A program made the translations under genes and the position numbers. 64,000 nucleotides of DNA from an uncultured Clostridia bacterium. GTDB lineage: Bacteria; Bacillota; Clostridia; Christensenellales; UBA1242. A model generated the notes under the pieces. It was not told the DNA's origin and did no database searches. It saw only the letters and a list, made by a program, of their open reading frames with translations. Positions 36,663 to 46,483 of this stretch are shown piece after piece. The stretch covers positions 1,244 through 65,243 of the forward strand of contig CANPYI010000004.1 in the NCBI GenBank assembly GCA_947588355.1, written 5' to 3'. Every line of letters starts with the position of its first letter. The first letter of the stretch is position 1.

Positions 36663-37490
36663 ATGATTTCAATTTGTTACAGCGGAAACAGAGCAATCTT
36701 TGAAGGTTTGCTGATGTCGGTTATGTCGGTGGCAAAACAAACAAAGGACTCTGTGAGTATCTATGTGCTTACAATGGATTTGCATGATGAAAATCCAAAA
36801 TTCTTGCCTTTCAGCGACCAACAAATCGCACTTCTTGACGATATAGTCAAACAAAAAAACAAGGAAAGTAAAGTTGTGAAATGTGACGTGACACAACTTT
36901 ACAAAACACACCTTATTGGTGGCAAAAATCACGAAAGTGGCTACACGCCGTACTCCTTGCTTCGACTTTTGATGGACTTGGTGCCAGAAATTCCTGACAA
37001 GATTATTTATTTGGATATCGACACAATGTGCTGCTCGGATCTTAAAGATTTTTGGGACATAGATGTTGAAAATGTTGATATGGCGGCTTGCAAAGACTAT
37101 ATGGGCAGATTTTGGATAAGAACGTCATATGTCAATTCCGGAAGCATTTTGATGAACATGAAAAAAATCAAAGAAGACAATCTTTTGGAAAAATGCCGTA
37201 AAAAAGTTTACAAAAACTTTATGTTGATGCCAGACCAAACCGCATTAAACAAGTATGCAAAAATAAAACATATTCCTTTCCGTTTCAACGAACAGCGAAA
37301 GATAAAATCCGACACGGTTGTAAAACACTTTTGCAAAGGTGTTGTGTTTTTCTTGCCTTTTGGCCTACATGTTTACAACATAAAACAATGGCAAAGAGAA
37401 AAAGTTCACAAAAGTTTGAAAATCTTTGTGTTTGATGACATCTATCAGCAAGTGGACAAACTGAAAGAAAGCAGGCCAGAATGTTTTTAA
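36663..37490 (+). CDS. glycosyltransferase family 8
   Basis: Internal start MISICYSGN behind GGAGAA. GT8 features include the DxD motif (YLDIDTMC) and PDQTALN. Confidence 0.8.
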   Translation: MISICYSGNRAIFEGLLMSVMSVAKQTKDSVSIYVLTMDLHDENPKFLPFSDQQIALLDDIVKQKNKESKVVKCDVTQLYKTHLIGGKNHESGYTPYSLLRLLMDLVPEIPDKIIYLDIDTMCCSDLKDFWDIDVENVDMAACKDYMGRFWIRTSYVNSGSILMNMKKIKEDNLLEKCRKKVYKNFMLMPDQTALNKYAKIKHIPFRFNEQRKIKSDTVVKHFCKGVVFFLPFGLHVYNIKQWQREKVHKSLKIFVFDDIYQQVDKLKESRPECF

Positions 37491-37518
37491 AAAAAAACAC
37501 GAAAATATCGTGTTTTTT
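37489..37518. terminator. bidirectional terminator
   Basis: A9-acacga-aaata-tcgtgt-T6. Confidence 0.75.
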
Positions 37519-37624
37519 CATTTCCTTTCATTTTTCAATTTTTGAAACTTTTTGTTTGTTTTCAAATAATCGCAATAGGCATCTATTTTTTCATTCAAAA
37601 AGTCAAAGGCTTTTTGCGTGCTTG

Positions 37625-38584
37625 TCATTGTTTGCCTCCAAGATTCAATTTGTCGATTGTGGAGTTGACATTATCAAATTCTTTATCAACGCGTTTTGCT
37701 TCAAGTTTTTCTTGAAATAATTTTGCTTGCTCCACAATTTCATTATTGAGTGCCTTTGCTGTCTCAACACTTGCACCTTGTTTTGCTCTTTCTGAGGCAA
37801 CAATTTCTTTCAATCCTTTTCGCAAACCTTCTTCATCTATCTTTCCAGCAAACAAATCGTCAAACAAACTTTCAACTGAACTCTTTTTCTGATTTTGTTC
37901 TTTGCTTTTTTCTTTTTTCAAAATTGGCTTTTCTTTTTCATATCCGTCTTTTTCAGAAAGTTTCACTTTCACAAGCAGTTTCTTTTCTTCTTCAGTGGCA
38001 AATTCAAATGCTTCATCTTGGCATTGTTGTCTTAATTTTTTTGCCTCTTCACTGCCATAGTCATTTGTATCTCCATCTTTGTCAAATGGTTTTGCTCTTG
38101 CAATAAGTTCAAGACTTACAAGTCTCATTGACTTTTCTTTGCCATTTTCACATTCATCTTTGTTCAGCCAGATGTAGTCTTTCTTTCCGAATGTCACAAC
38201 TGGTGTTTTGCTCGTTGTTTTGACTGCTTTTCTTTTTTCTTTGTCCCAAATTTCAGCAGTTCTGGAAACTTCCTTGCAACCTTTGACAAGGTTGCATTCT
38301 GGATTGTAGATTGTTTGCAAAGCGACGCGCAACCCGGCGCCAATGCCGTCACCGATGTCCCAGAACAGGTCGCCGACATCGTTCACAAACATTACTATGA
38401 TGGACGAGCCAGGCAACGCAGTGCGGGTGAAGTAGTATCCTGCTTTGTAATCACTGTTTTCACATGCCCCGTCTTTCTTTGCTTTTTCTGAAAGTGACGC
38501 ACTTGCAAAAGCAGGGAATTTTTTGATGATTTCTTGATAATCTGCCTCACTTGGCAAATTTACAAAGTTTTCTATTGTTGCCAT
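37625..38584 (-). CDS. hypothetical protein, paralog A (MATIEN family) with a coiled-coil C-terminal extension
   Basis: Start MATIENFVNLPSEADYQEI behind GGAGAT. Alignable over ~230 aa with 52881..53600. Motifs YYFTRTALP and GLRVALQ. Confidence 0.7.
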   Translation of the reverse strand: MATIENFVNLPSEADYQEIIKKFPAFASASLSEKAKKDGACENSDYKAGYYFTRTALPGSSIIVMFVNDVGDLFWDIGDGIGAGLRVALQTIYNPECNLVKGCKEVSRTAEIWDKEKRKAVKTTSKTPVVTFGKKDYIWLNKDECENGKEKSMRLVSLELIARAKPFDKDGDTNDYGSEEAKKLRQQCQDEAFEFATEEEKKLLVKVKLSEKDGYEKEKPILKKEKSKEQNQKKSSVESLFDDLFAGKIDEEGLRKGLKEIVASERAKQGASVETAKALNNEIVEQAKLFQEKLEAKRVDKEFDNVNSTIDKLNLGGKQ

Positions 38585-38610
38585 ATTTTTTATCTCCTTT
38601 TGATGCAAAT

Positions 38611-38639
38611 ATTTTAACACACTTTTTGAAAGTTGTCAA
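38611..38639 (-). promoter_or_regulatory. promoter of paralog A
   Basis: Minus strand TTGACA-17 nt-TAAAAT. The region is near-identical to the one upstream of paralog B. Confidence 0.6.
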
Positions 38640-38883
38640 TACCCTTTTTTGAACAATTTTCCACGCCCAATTTTGTCATTAAAAAGATGTATTCCTCAAA
38701 TTTATGCTGCCGAATAGGAAAAATTTTGTCATCGTCAAAATAAATCAAAAGGCAGGGGCGAATGTTGTGATATTCTTCCACTATTTCCCATGTTGTTGCA
38801 TGCCCCTGTTCAATCAAATGTTTCACTTTTGCATGATAATTGAAATACACAACTCTATTGTGCGAAAATTTGAAATAAAAATC

Positions 38884-38913
38884 AAAAAAACCGCAATTTT
38901 GCGGCTTTTTTTT
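38884..38913. terminator. intrinsic terminator after spoIVA
   Basis: A7-ccgca-attt-tgcgg-cT8. Confidence 0.8.
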
Positions 38914-38920
38914 GTGTTTT

Positions 38921-40399
38921 TTAAAGCAAAATGCAAAGCACTCCGCCCTTGCCTTCATTGACAATTCGGCCGAGGGTCTTTTTCATCTTTCTTTGAGCAT
39001 CGGCAGGCATTGAAACTATCTTTGCACCAATGCTGTCGTCAATCAAAGAAAACAAACTTTTGCCAAAAAGGTTGGTCTCCCAAATGCCATCTGGGTCTGC
39101 TTGAAAGCGTTCGGAAAGATAACTTACCAAATCTTGACTTTGACTTTCGTTGCCAACAAGCGGAGTTACCTCTGTTTCAACATCAACCTTTATTATGTGC
39201 AAACTTGGTGCAGTGGCCTTTATTTTCACACCAAACTTGCCACCTTGTTTGACAACTTCTGGCTCTTGCAAAACATATTCGTTTTGTCGAGGCACAACAA
39301 CGCCATATCCGGTTTCGGAAACTTGGTCAAGTGCATCTTTCAGTTTGTCATACTCTTGTTTTGCAACTGCCAAATTTTTGATATATGAAACAAGTTGAAA
39401 ATCATCGTTAATTTCAAATCCACATTCGTCAGAAAGCACCTTGTAAAACAAATGTTCTTTTGGAATGACGTTAAATCGTATCACGCCCTCGCCCATTTCT
39501 ATGTTTGTGAATGTGATAGGGTCAAAACTGTCACTTTCAGTAAACACAACTGTATCTTTTTTGGCGTCGCCAATTTTTCTGACATCATCGGCAAATTTTT
39601 TTATTTCGCTGACAACTTCGGATATGATCGGGCTTGCATATGAAAGTGCCTGCATCCATTTTGGCATTCCAACCTTGATGCTTTTGACAGGAAATTCCAA
39701 AAGCACTTTTTCAAAAATCTTGTCAACATCTTCCTCTTTCATTGCTGCCACATTCATTGCCACAACTTGCGCCTGATATTTTTCTGCCAAGTTTGAAGCA
39801 AGTTTTTTGCTTTCCGCAGACGCAGGATTTTTGCAGTTAAGCACCACAACAAAAGGTTTTCCGCATGCTTTCATCTCGGCAACAACACGTTCTTCTGCAC
39901 TGACATAGTTGGCACGCTCAATATCGGTCACACTGCCATCGGTGGTCATCACAATGCCTATTGTGGAGTGGTCCTCAATCACCTTTTTTGTGCCAAGTTC
40001 TGCCGCTTCCTCAAAAGGCATCTCTTGTTCCGACCACGGAGTTTTGACAAGTCTTGGCTTGTCGTTTTCAGTCACACCCATTGCTCCAGAAACAAGAAAT
40101 CCAACGCAATCAATCATTCGCACTTTCAAATTCACATCGTCTGCCACGCAAATCGACACTGCTTCGTTTGGCACAAATCGTGGCTGAGTTGTCATGACAG
40201 TTTTTCCGTCTGCACTTTGAGGCAATTCATATTCCGCACGCTCACGAGCATTTTTGCTTGCGATGTTTGGCAGCACAAGTTTTTTCATAAACTCCGAAAT
40301 AAAAGTGGATTTGCCAACTCTTACTGGTCCAACCACGCCAACATATATATCCCCGTTTGTGCGAGTTTTAATGTCCTCATATATTTGATATTTCTCCAT
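38921..40399 (-). CDS. spoIVA: stage IV sporulation protein A (coat morphogenetic ATPase)
   Basis: Internal start MEKYQIYEDIKTRTNGDIYVGVVGPVRVGKSTFI (Walker A); 492 aa, C-terminal ...GGVLCILL. Confidence 0.95.
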   Translation of the reverse strand: MEKYQIYEDIKTRTNGDIYVGVVGPVRVGKSTFISEFMKKLVLPNIASKNARERAEYELPQSADGKTVMTTQPRFVPNEAVSICVADDVNLKVRMIDCVGFLVSGAMGVTENDKPRLVKTPWSEQEMPFEEAAELGTKKVIEDHSTIGIVMTTDGSVTDIERANYVSAEERVVAEMKACGKPFVVVLNCKNPASAESKKLASNLAEKYQAQVVAMNVAAMKEEDVDKIFEKVLLEFPVKSIKVGMPKWMQALSYASPIISEVVSEIKKFADDVRKIGDAKKDTVVFTESDSFDPITFTNIEMGEGVIRFNVIPKEHLFYKVLSDECGFEINDDFQLVSYIKNLAVAKQEYDKLKDALDQVSETGYGVVVPRQNEYVLQEPEVVKQGGKFGVKIKATAPSLHIIKVDVETEVTPLVGNESQSQDLVSYLSERFQADPDGIWETNLFGKSLFSLIDDSIGAKIVSMPADAQRKMKKTLGRIVNEGKGGVLCILL

Positions 40400-40463
40400 A
40401 AAAACCTCCCATGGAACACCATATATTATGTGAGAAACATCAAATCTAGAACATGTCACAAAA

Positions 40464-40488
40464 AATAAAAAAATCCGAAAACGGATTA
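40464..40488 (-). terminator. intrinsic terminator after yjbR-like gene
   Basis: Minus strand atccg-tttt-cggat followed by T7. Confidence 0.7.
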
Positions 40489-40836
40489 TTTTTTTGTTAA
40501 ATCAAAACTTATTTCCAACAATGTTTCCAAAGTTTTGTCGTCAATCTCGTCCAAAATCACAGATATCCAATGCACTTTGTTCATGTGATAGCACTCATAA
40601 ACGCCTTTTGTTTGCATAAGTCCCTCTCGCAAAAGCGGGTCACATTTCAGATTCAAAACTTCGGCAATTTCATCTCCGCCAAGCCCCATGCGACACTTTG
40701 GCACTTGCATCAAAAGAGCAAACCACTTTCTGTTGCCTTTGTGCCTAAAAACAGCCGCATCAGTGTTTTCAAAGGGGTTGTCCGGCTTTACAGCAAACAA
40801 ATCTTCAATCAAATCAAACAGTTGTTGTTTTGTCAT
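40486..40836 (-). CDS. MmcQ/YjbR family DNA-binding protein
   Basis: 116 aa with the pattern FRHKGNRKWFALL...YHMNKVHWISV. Confidence 0.8.
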   Translation of the reverse strand: MTKQQLFDLIEDLFAVKPDNPFENTDAAVFRHKGNRKWFALLMQVPKCRMGLGGDEIAEVLNLKCDPLLREGLMQTKGVYECYHMNKVHWISVILDEIDDKTLETLLEISFDLTKK

Positions 40837-41554
40837 TGCTTTCTTCCTTTGTTTTGTTTTTCTTTAAAAGTTTTCCAAACACTTTTTCGCGAAAATTCAC
40901 TTTGTTTTCTGTGCCATTAAAAAGTCTGACAATGTTTTGTCTGTGACAGAAAACAACAAGAAGTGCCACCGCCCAAATGACAATGATTGGCACAAAAAAC
41001 AGATTTTGTGGACTTGGCTCAAAAAACAGGAATGGTTTGTTTATGGCAAACAAGCAAGTTGAATAAACGGACATCACAAGTATAAACAGAAAATTTATCA
41101 CAAAGCCGTAATGTACAAACATAAACAACACAAAACAGAAAGCAAACATAATCAGTGACAGCCACCAAAACTGAGGACTAAACACAAACATTCCAAATGT
41201 GCTGGCAACACCCTTTCCGCCCTTAAATTTGTAGTAAATCGGAAAACAGTGAGCAAAAATTCCAACAAACGACACCAAATAATATGCCACATTTTCATAT
41301 CCCGGAAAATATTCGCGGAAAACGAAATACAAAGCAAGTGCAATTCCTCCAACCTTAAGAGCATCAAAAAACAGCGTCAAAAGTGCTTCCCCCATTCCGC
41401 GTGTGCGCAAAATATTCATTGTGCCAGGATTGTTGCTCCCCTCTTTTGTGATGTCCTTATGAGCAAAATGCCAAGTGAAAATTCTTGCAAAACTCAAACT
41501 CCCCACAAAATATTCGCAAACAAGTGCAAGACAGATGTACAGCCAAACCATCAT
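40814..41554 (-). CDS. plsY: glycerol-3-phosphate acyltransferase PlsY
   Basis: Multi-TM protein with GSNNPGTMN and FKGGKGVA motifs; ~45-aa basic C-terminal extension. Confidence 0.9.
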   Translation of the reverse strand: MMVWLYICLALVCEYFVGSLSFARIFTWHFAHKDITKEGSNNPGTMNILRTRGMGEALLTLFFDALKVGGIALALYFVFREYFPGYENVAYYLVSFVGIFAHCFPIYYKFKGGKGVASTFGMFVFSPQFWWLSLIMFAFCFVLFMFVHYGFVINFLFILVMSVYSTCLFAINKPFLFFEPSPQNLFFVPIIVIWAVALLVVFCHRQNIVRLFNGTENKVNFREKVFGKLLKKNKTKEESNDKTTTV

Positions 41555-42855
41555 TCCTCCTCCTTTCCCTTAAACATCAACAAAATTGGCGTGCCCGAAA
41601 AATCAACGCGCTCTCGCAAGCGATTTTCCAAATATCTTTCGTATGCAAAGTTGATAAATTGCGGCTCTTTGCAGAAAAAAACAAATTTTGGCGGATTTGT
41701 TGCCGCTTCCGTCACAAACATGATTTTGCATTTGCGACCCCCTTTTGAAGGAGGCTCGTGATTTAAGATTGCATCATGCAAAATGTCATTCAAAACACCT
41801 GTTGTAATTCTGCGAGAAGCATTTTCATAAACTTGGTCCACCGTTGTCATAATCTCCGACAAGCCTTTTCCGGTCAGCGCTGACACAAAAAGCACCTTAA
41901 AATAAGACATAAACGAAAGTTTTTCTTGCAAAGATTTAAGATAATCCTCTTTTGTGGTGCGTTTTTCGTCCCACTTGTTGACAATCACCACACTCGGTTT
42001 TCCTGCCTCGTGCACAAAGCCAGCAATTCGCACGTCTTGTTCAGAAATTTCTGCGGTGCCGTCAAACACAATCAGCACAACATCGCTCATCTCAATGGCG
42101 GACATGCTTCGCAAAACTGAATATCCTTCCACTGACTGTTTCTCAACCGAGCGTTGCCTCCTAAGTCCCGCCGTGTCAATCAAATTGTAGTCCTTTTTGT
42201 TGCACCTGAATGGCACAATCACACTGTCACGAGTTGTGCCTTCCACATCGCTGACCACAACGCGTTTTTTGCCTAAAAGACGATTTATGATCGAACTTTT
42301 GCCAACATTTGGTCTTCCAACAAGGCTGATCTTTATCCCAGCAACGTTTTCGTCCAAACAATCCTCCGGAAAATAAGAGATCACCTTGTCAAGCACATCG
42401 CCAATTCCTTTGCTTTGTGCACAAGAAATCGGCATAGGCTCACCAAGGCCAAGCGAGTAAAATTCATATGTGGAGGAAATATCAAAAGTGTCAAGTTTGT
42501 TGACAACAAGCACAACCGGTACGTTTTGCTTTCGAAGAAGTTTTGCCACATCTTCGTCACTTTGTGTGATGCCGGTTTTTCCGTCAACAAGAAAAACAAT
42601 AACTGTGGCGTTTTCTATTGCCGCCATCACCTGCTCGATTATTTCCTTCTGAAAAACATCTTCCGAAGATAGTTCCACACCGCCGGTGTCCACAACAGTA
42701 AATTCGTGCCCACTCCAAGTGGCGTCAGCATAAAGTCTGTCACGGGTCACACCCGCAACGTCGTCAACGATAGAAATTCTTTTGCCGCAAATTTTGTTAA
42801 AAAAAGTGGACTTTCCAACATTTGCTCTGCCGACAATTGCAACGATAGGTTTCAT
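41551..42855 (-). CDS. der: ribosome-associated GTPase Der/EngA
   Basis: Internal start MKPIVAIVGRANVGKST. Second GTPase domain GRPNVGKSS and a KH-like C-terminus. Confidence 0.95.
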   Translation of the reverse strand: MKPIVAIVGRANVGKSTFFNKICGKRISIVDDVAGVTRDRLYADATWSGHEFTVVDTGGVELSSEDVFQKEIIEQVMAAIENATVIVFLVDGKTGITQSDEDVAKLLRKQNVPVVLVVNKLDTFDISSTYEFYSLGLGEPMPISCAQSKGIGDVLDKVISYFPEDCLDENVAGIKISLVGRPNVGKSSIINRLLGKKRVVVSDVEGTTRDSVIVPFRCNKKDYNLIDTAGLRRQRSVEKQSVEGYSVLRSMSAIEMSDVVLIVFDGTAEISEQDVRIAGFVHEAGKPSVVIVNKWDEKRTTKEDYLKSLQEKLSFMSYFKVLFVSALTGKGLSEIMTTVDQVYENASRRITTGVLNDILHDAILNHEPPSKGGRKCKIMFVTEAATNPPKFVFFCKEPQFINFAYERYLENRLRERVDFSGTPILLMFKGKEEE

Positions 42856-42897
42856 GTCAAAATTATAACACATAAAGCCAAAAACACAAAACAAAAT

Positions 42898-44874
42898 TTA
42901 TTTCAACTTGCAATTCTTTTTGCAGATGTCACAATGGGGGCAAAGTTTTTTTCGTTTTATTTTCAAAAAAACTGACAAAAAGGCAATAAAAACACACAAA
43001 AAGGTCAAAATAATCGCAAAAACACTCCAAAAGCCAAAAATTTCACATGCAAAACAAATCTGATAAACCACAAATGCCACGACATATGCCGTCACAAGTT
43101 GAATGGCAACAGAAATAAATGTCCATTTTTTGCCGACCTCTTGCAAAAGCATCGAGATTGACGCCATGCACGGCGTGTACAAAAGACAGTACACCAGAAA
43201 GGAAATCACACTTGCTTTTGTGGCGAAATACACCACACTTGTCGGCAAAAGAATGGAAGCGGACAACAGTTTTGTGGCACTTGAGTCAATTCCGTTAAAC
43301 ATGGCAATCGAGGACACCACCACTTCTTTTGCCACAAGGCCGGCAAGCAGTGACGAAACAATTGCCCAATTGTTGAAGCCAAGTGGTGAAAAAATCGGTG
43401 CAAGGAATCTGCCTATTGTTTCCAACATACTTGTTCCGCCACCTTGTGAAACGTAAGAAAAATTGAACGAAAATGATGACAAAAGCCAAATAATAATGTT
43501 CATTGACACCATGACTGAGCCAACTCTTATCAAAAATTCACAAACATTTTTCCATAAAATTTTTCCAACTCGTTTTAATGACGTTGTGCGATAAGGTGGA
43601 AATTCCAAAATAAAACTTTGTTTTTTACTTTTAAGCAAAGTGATGTCCAAAATCTTTGAGATAGATATTGCCACAACAACGCCAAGAATATAAAGTCCCA
43701 TTATCACAAGGATATTTTTTGCACCAAAAAACGCACCACCGATGACAGTGTAGATAGGAATTTTTGCAGAGCAACTCATGTAAGGGCAAAGAATTGCCGT
43801 TTTTATTTTGGCATTTTTGTCGTCCATATTTCGCGAGGTCATAATTGCCGAAGTGGAGCAACCAAACCCCATCAAAAGGGTGTAAACGCTCTTTCCGGAA
43901 AGACCAATCCTGCCCAAAATATCCTCAAAAATAAAGGCTATGCGTGACATATAGCCGCTGTCTTCCAAAATCGACAAGAAAAAGAAAAGCAAAACAACCT
44001 GAGGCAGAAAGGAAAGCACCGTTCCAACCCCGCCAAAAATGGCAACATTAAAAAGGTCGTACACAAAGTTTTGCCCAAAGGAGTTTTCAATAAAGTTTAA
44101 GATTGGAGTTGTGACAAGCCCAAGCAGTTTGCTCAGCGAGTCCGACAAAAATGCCCCGAAAGAGAAAAAAGTGAGATAAAAAATGCCCGCCAAGACCAAA
44201 AGAAAGACCGGAAATGCCAACCATTTGTTTAAAAAAATTTTGTCAAGTTTACTTTGACCATACACAGCATGTGTTCGCACTGCACACATGCCAAGTATTT
44301 TGTCGATATAATCATATCTAAGATTTGACAATGTTTGTATGTCTTGGATTTGTTCCGCCTTGATTGTTTTCACATAATCGGGAGGTTTTGGACTTTTTTT
44401 CTGCAAAAGCAATCTTTCTTTAAGTTTGTCGATGCCAACTTTCTTCTCTGCATCAATCAAAACAACATCAATGCCAAGAGTTTCTGCCAACTTTTTTGTG
44501 TCCACCTTGAAAATAGGCTTTTTGTCAATTTGATTTATTGCCAACACAACATCAAAGCCTTTTTCCAAAAGGCAAAGTGTCAAGTAAAGATTTCGCTGCA
44601 AATTGTTTTGGTCACAAATGTTTATAATTTTTTTGTCCTTGTTTTCCTCAATTTTTTGCACTGCAACCGCCTCTTCAAACGAGAGTGGTGTCAAAGAGTA
44701 CAATCCGGGCGTGTCCACCAAACAAAATTCTTCTTTTCCGACAAAAAAAGATTTGTCTTTCGTGTCCACCGTAACACCGTGCCAATTGCCCACATGCTCA
44801 TTTGACCTTGTAAGACTGTTGAAAAGAGTTGTTTTTCCTGAGTTTGGATTTCCAACCAACAAAACCTCTTTCAT
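42898..44874 (-). CDS. feoB: ferrous iron transporter FeoB
   Basis: Internal start MKEVLLVGNPNSGKTT, polytopic membrane domain, Cys-rich C-terminus CPHCDICKKNC. Confidence 0.93.
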   Translation of the reverse strand: MKEVLLVGNPNSGKTTLFNSLTRSNEHVGNWHGVTVDTKDKSFFVGKEEFCLVDTPGLYSLTPLSFEEAVAVQKIEENKDKKIINICDQNNLQRNLYLTLCLLEKGFDVVLAINQIDKKPIFKVDTKKLAETLGIDVVLIDAEKKVGIDKLKERLLLQKKSPKPPDYVKTIKAEQIQDIQTLSNLRYDYIDKILGMCAVRTHAVYGQSKLDKIFLNKWLAFPVFLLVLAGIFYLTFFSFGAFLSDSLSKLLGLVTTPILNFIENSFGQNFVYDLFNVAIFGGVGTVLSFLPQVVLLFFFLSILEDSGYMSRIAFIFEDILGRIGLSGKSVYTLLMGFGCSTSAIMTSRNMDDKNAKIKTAILCPYMSCSAKIPIYTVIGGAFFGAKNILVIMGLYILGVVVAISISKILDITLLKSKKQSFILEFPPYRTTSLKRVGKILWKNVCEFLIRVGSVMVSMNIIIWLLSSFSFNFSYVSQGGGTSMLETIGRFLAPIFSPLGFNNWAIVSSLLAGLVAKEVVVSSIAMFNGIDSSATKLLSASILLPTSVVYFATKASVISFLVYCLLYTPCMASISMLLQEVGKKWTFISVAIQLVTAYVVAFVVYQICFACEIFGFWSVFAIILTFLCVFIAFLSVFLKIKRKKLCPHCDICKKNCKLK

Positions 44875-44875
44875 A

Positions 44876-45100
44876 CTACTCCACCTGCACTCTTGAAAGT
44901 AGTGAAGCACGCACGCTCAAAAGATAACCTCTTATTTGCACCAAAAAAACTTTTTTTTGCAAAGAAGTGGAAACAATCTTGACATTTTGCCCGCGAGTGA
45001 AACCAAGTTCCAAAAAGCGTCTTGAAATGTCGTCAAAATTTTTGTCAAAGCCAACAATCTTGTAAACTTTTCCATGCTTGCCATTGTTTAATGTAATCAT
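44876..45100 (-). CDS. feoA: FeoA family protein
   Basis: 74-aa SH3-like protein immediately upstream of feoB. Confidence 0.85.
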   Translation of the reverse strand: MITLNNGKHGKVYKIVGFDKNFDDISRRFLELGFTRGQNVKIVSTSLQKKVFLVQIRGYLLSVRASLLSRVQVE

Positions 45101-45248
45101 ATTATTTTTTATGGCACATGGTGGACAAGTATGCCAAAGCGAAAAATAAAAATTTCAAGTAATTGTGCAAAAATATTTGTGAAAACACAAAATGTTGTGT
45201 TATAATCAATTTTGACAGAGAATTTTTTGTTTGCAAAGGAGAAGGATT

Positions 45249-45692
45249 ATGAAATGTATTTATTGCGGACATGAAGAAAGCAAGGTTTTGGACAGCCGAA
45301 GCGTTGATGAAACAAATTCCATTCGCCGTCGCCGTGAATGTTTGAACTGCGGAAAGCGTTTCACCACATATGAAACAGTTGAAACTGTGCCAATTTTGGT
45401 GGTCAAAAAGGACGGCAGCCGCCAACCATTCAATATAGAAAAGATTCGTGCCGGAATGATAAAAGCATGTGAAAAACGTCCGGTTTCCATCACACAAATC
45501 GACCAAATGGCAGCGGATATAGAAAAACAAATCCAAAATTCCTTGCGACAAGAAATTTCATCTCAAGAAATTGGCGAGATGATTATGGCAAAACTGAAAT
45601 CTGTTGACGAAATTGCATATGTGCGCTTTGCTTCAGTTTACAGACAGTTTAAAGATGTGACAAACTTCATAAAACTTATCACAGAAATGTAA
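45249..45692 (+). CDS. nrdR: transcriptional repressor NrdR
   Basis: [17 protein letters not shown]...[12 protein letters not shown] zinc ribbon plus ATP-cone. AGGAGAAGG RBS. Confidence 0.95.
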   Translation: MKCIYCGHEESKVLDSRSVDETNSIRRRRECLNCGKRFTTYETVETVPILVVKKDGSRQPFNIEKIRAGMIKACEKRPVSITQIDQMAADIEKQIQNSLRQEISSQEIGEMIMAKLKSVDEIAYVRFASVYRQFKDVTNFIKLITEM

Positions 45693-45693
45693 C

Positions 45694-45724
45694 AAAAAAA
45701 TAGAGGTTCTTCCTCTATTTTTTC
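45694..45724. terminator. bidirectional terminator between nrdR and ylmC
   Basis: A7-tagagg-ttctt-cctcta-T6. Confidence 0.7.
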
Positions 45725-46011
45725 TTTTTTCCACTCATAAGATACGCCGTAGGTTGAGGATTTTGCCCATCATTAGAAAAAAGTTCCACCAAAACGGCAT
45801 CTTCGCCAACTTTGACAATTTGACAAACCGGAATAAAAAGTTCGGGTGCATTTTTGAAAATGTTCCACGAATTTTTTTCGCCTGGCACCACAACACCCTG
45901 CAAATATCCGCTTTCCAGATTGAAAATCACATCAACAATATGCCCGAGTCTGCGCCCGTCAACCACATTGACGACCTCTTTGCACCTAAGTTCCAGAAAT
46001 GAAGTATCCAT
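45715..46011 (-). CDS. ylmC: YlmC/YmxH family sporulation protein (PRC barrel)
   Basis: From MDTSFLELRCKEVVNVVDGRRLGHIVDV...IVKVGEDAVLV, which aligns with the YlmC pattern. Confidence 0.85.
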   Translation of the reverse strand: MDTSFLELRCKEVVNVVDGRRLGHIVDVIFNLESGYLQGVVVPGEKNSWNIFKNAPELFIPVCQIVKVGEDAVLVELFSNDGQNPQPTAYLMSGKKKK

Positions 46012-46053
46012 ATGGCAATATATGTCGCAATTTGTCAAATCATGCGAAAAAGT

Positions 46054-46251
46054 TTATAATCCTAGCAAATATCTGGCAGAAACATTAAAAAATAAACAAA
46101 TTCTTATAAAAGTATTTAAATTTGGAATAGTTTTGCCTTGTTCGTAAGAAATAACCGTTTTCACACTTATATTAAGTACTTTTGCTAGTTGACTTGTAGT
46201 CATTCTATTTCTTAAACGCAATTCTTTAAATCTTTCTGAAAAAATGCTCAT
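46054..46251 (-). CDS. XRE family HTH transcriptional regulator
   Basis: 65 aa; FKELRLRNRMTTSQLAKVLNISVKTVISYEQGKTIP, C-terminal YLLGL. Confidence 0.8.
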   Translation of the reverse strand: MSIFSERFKELRLRNRMTTSQLAKVLNISVKTVISYEQGKTIPNLNTFIRICLFFNVSARYLLGL

Positions 46252-46483
46252 AATTTCTTCTCCAAAAGCATTTTAACACAATAAAAATCAAAAAAAATCT
46301 TTTAACAATATCTTGTTAACAATATATTGATATATCATTTTATCTCAAATACATATGAGACTAAAAAAAATTAACAAAATGAGTTTTTTTATTCTATTTT
46401 TGTCGTTTTTTGGCGAATTTGAATGGCTGTAGCATACAAATCAACCTCAACGGGCAACATATTTGTTGTTATGAGGTGAAAAA

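Noticed and set aside
33538-38640. Genomic island integrated at tRNA-Arg(CCU), comprising the surface lipoprotein, GT8 and paralog A.
   Set aside because: I could find no integrase or recombinase, no duplicated tRNA 3' end (att repeat), and no mobility genes. It is an accessory-looking patch but is not supportable as a mobile element.
38614-38964. 116-aa ORF between spoIVA and paralog A.
   Set aside because: Its first ~27 codons overlap the spoIVA 3' end and read straight through the spoIVA intrinsic terminator (38884-38913). After the terminator there is no ATG until residue ~97, and only a GTG without an RBS. Its last codons are the promoter of paralog A. The middle part (YHAKVKHLIEQGHATTWEIVEEYHNIRPCLLIYFDDDKIFPIRQHKFEEY) could be a decayed gene remnant, but I cannot support a functional CDS.
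42898-42960. Cys-rich C-terminus of FeoB (CPHCDICKKNC) as a novelty.
   Set aside because: C-terminal cysteine clusters are a known, common feature of FeoB proteins.
45101-45248. Fur box in the feoA-nrdR divergent region.
   Set aside because: There is no convincing match to the TGATAATnATTATCA-type 7-1-7 repeat; only generic AT-rich sequence.
45102-45551. 149-aa minus-strand ORF overlapping nrdR and the feoA upstream region.
   Set aside because: It is antisense to a clear nrdR with RBS, and its composition is not protein-like.
46252-46483. Forespore (sigma-F/sigma-G) promoter upstream of sigG around gaatttgaatggctgtagCATACAAAT.
   Set aside because: CATACAA resembles the sigma-G -10, but I could not place a GHATR -35 at the required 17-18 nt spacing. 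This is too weak to annotate.
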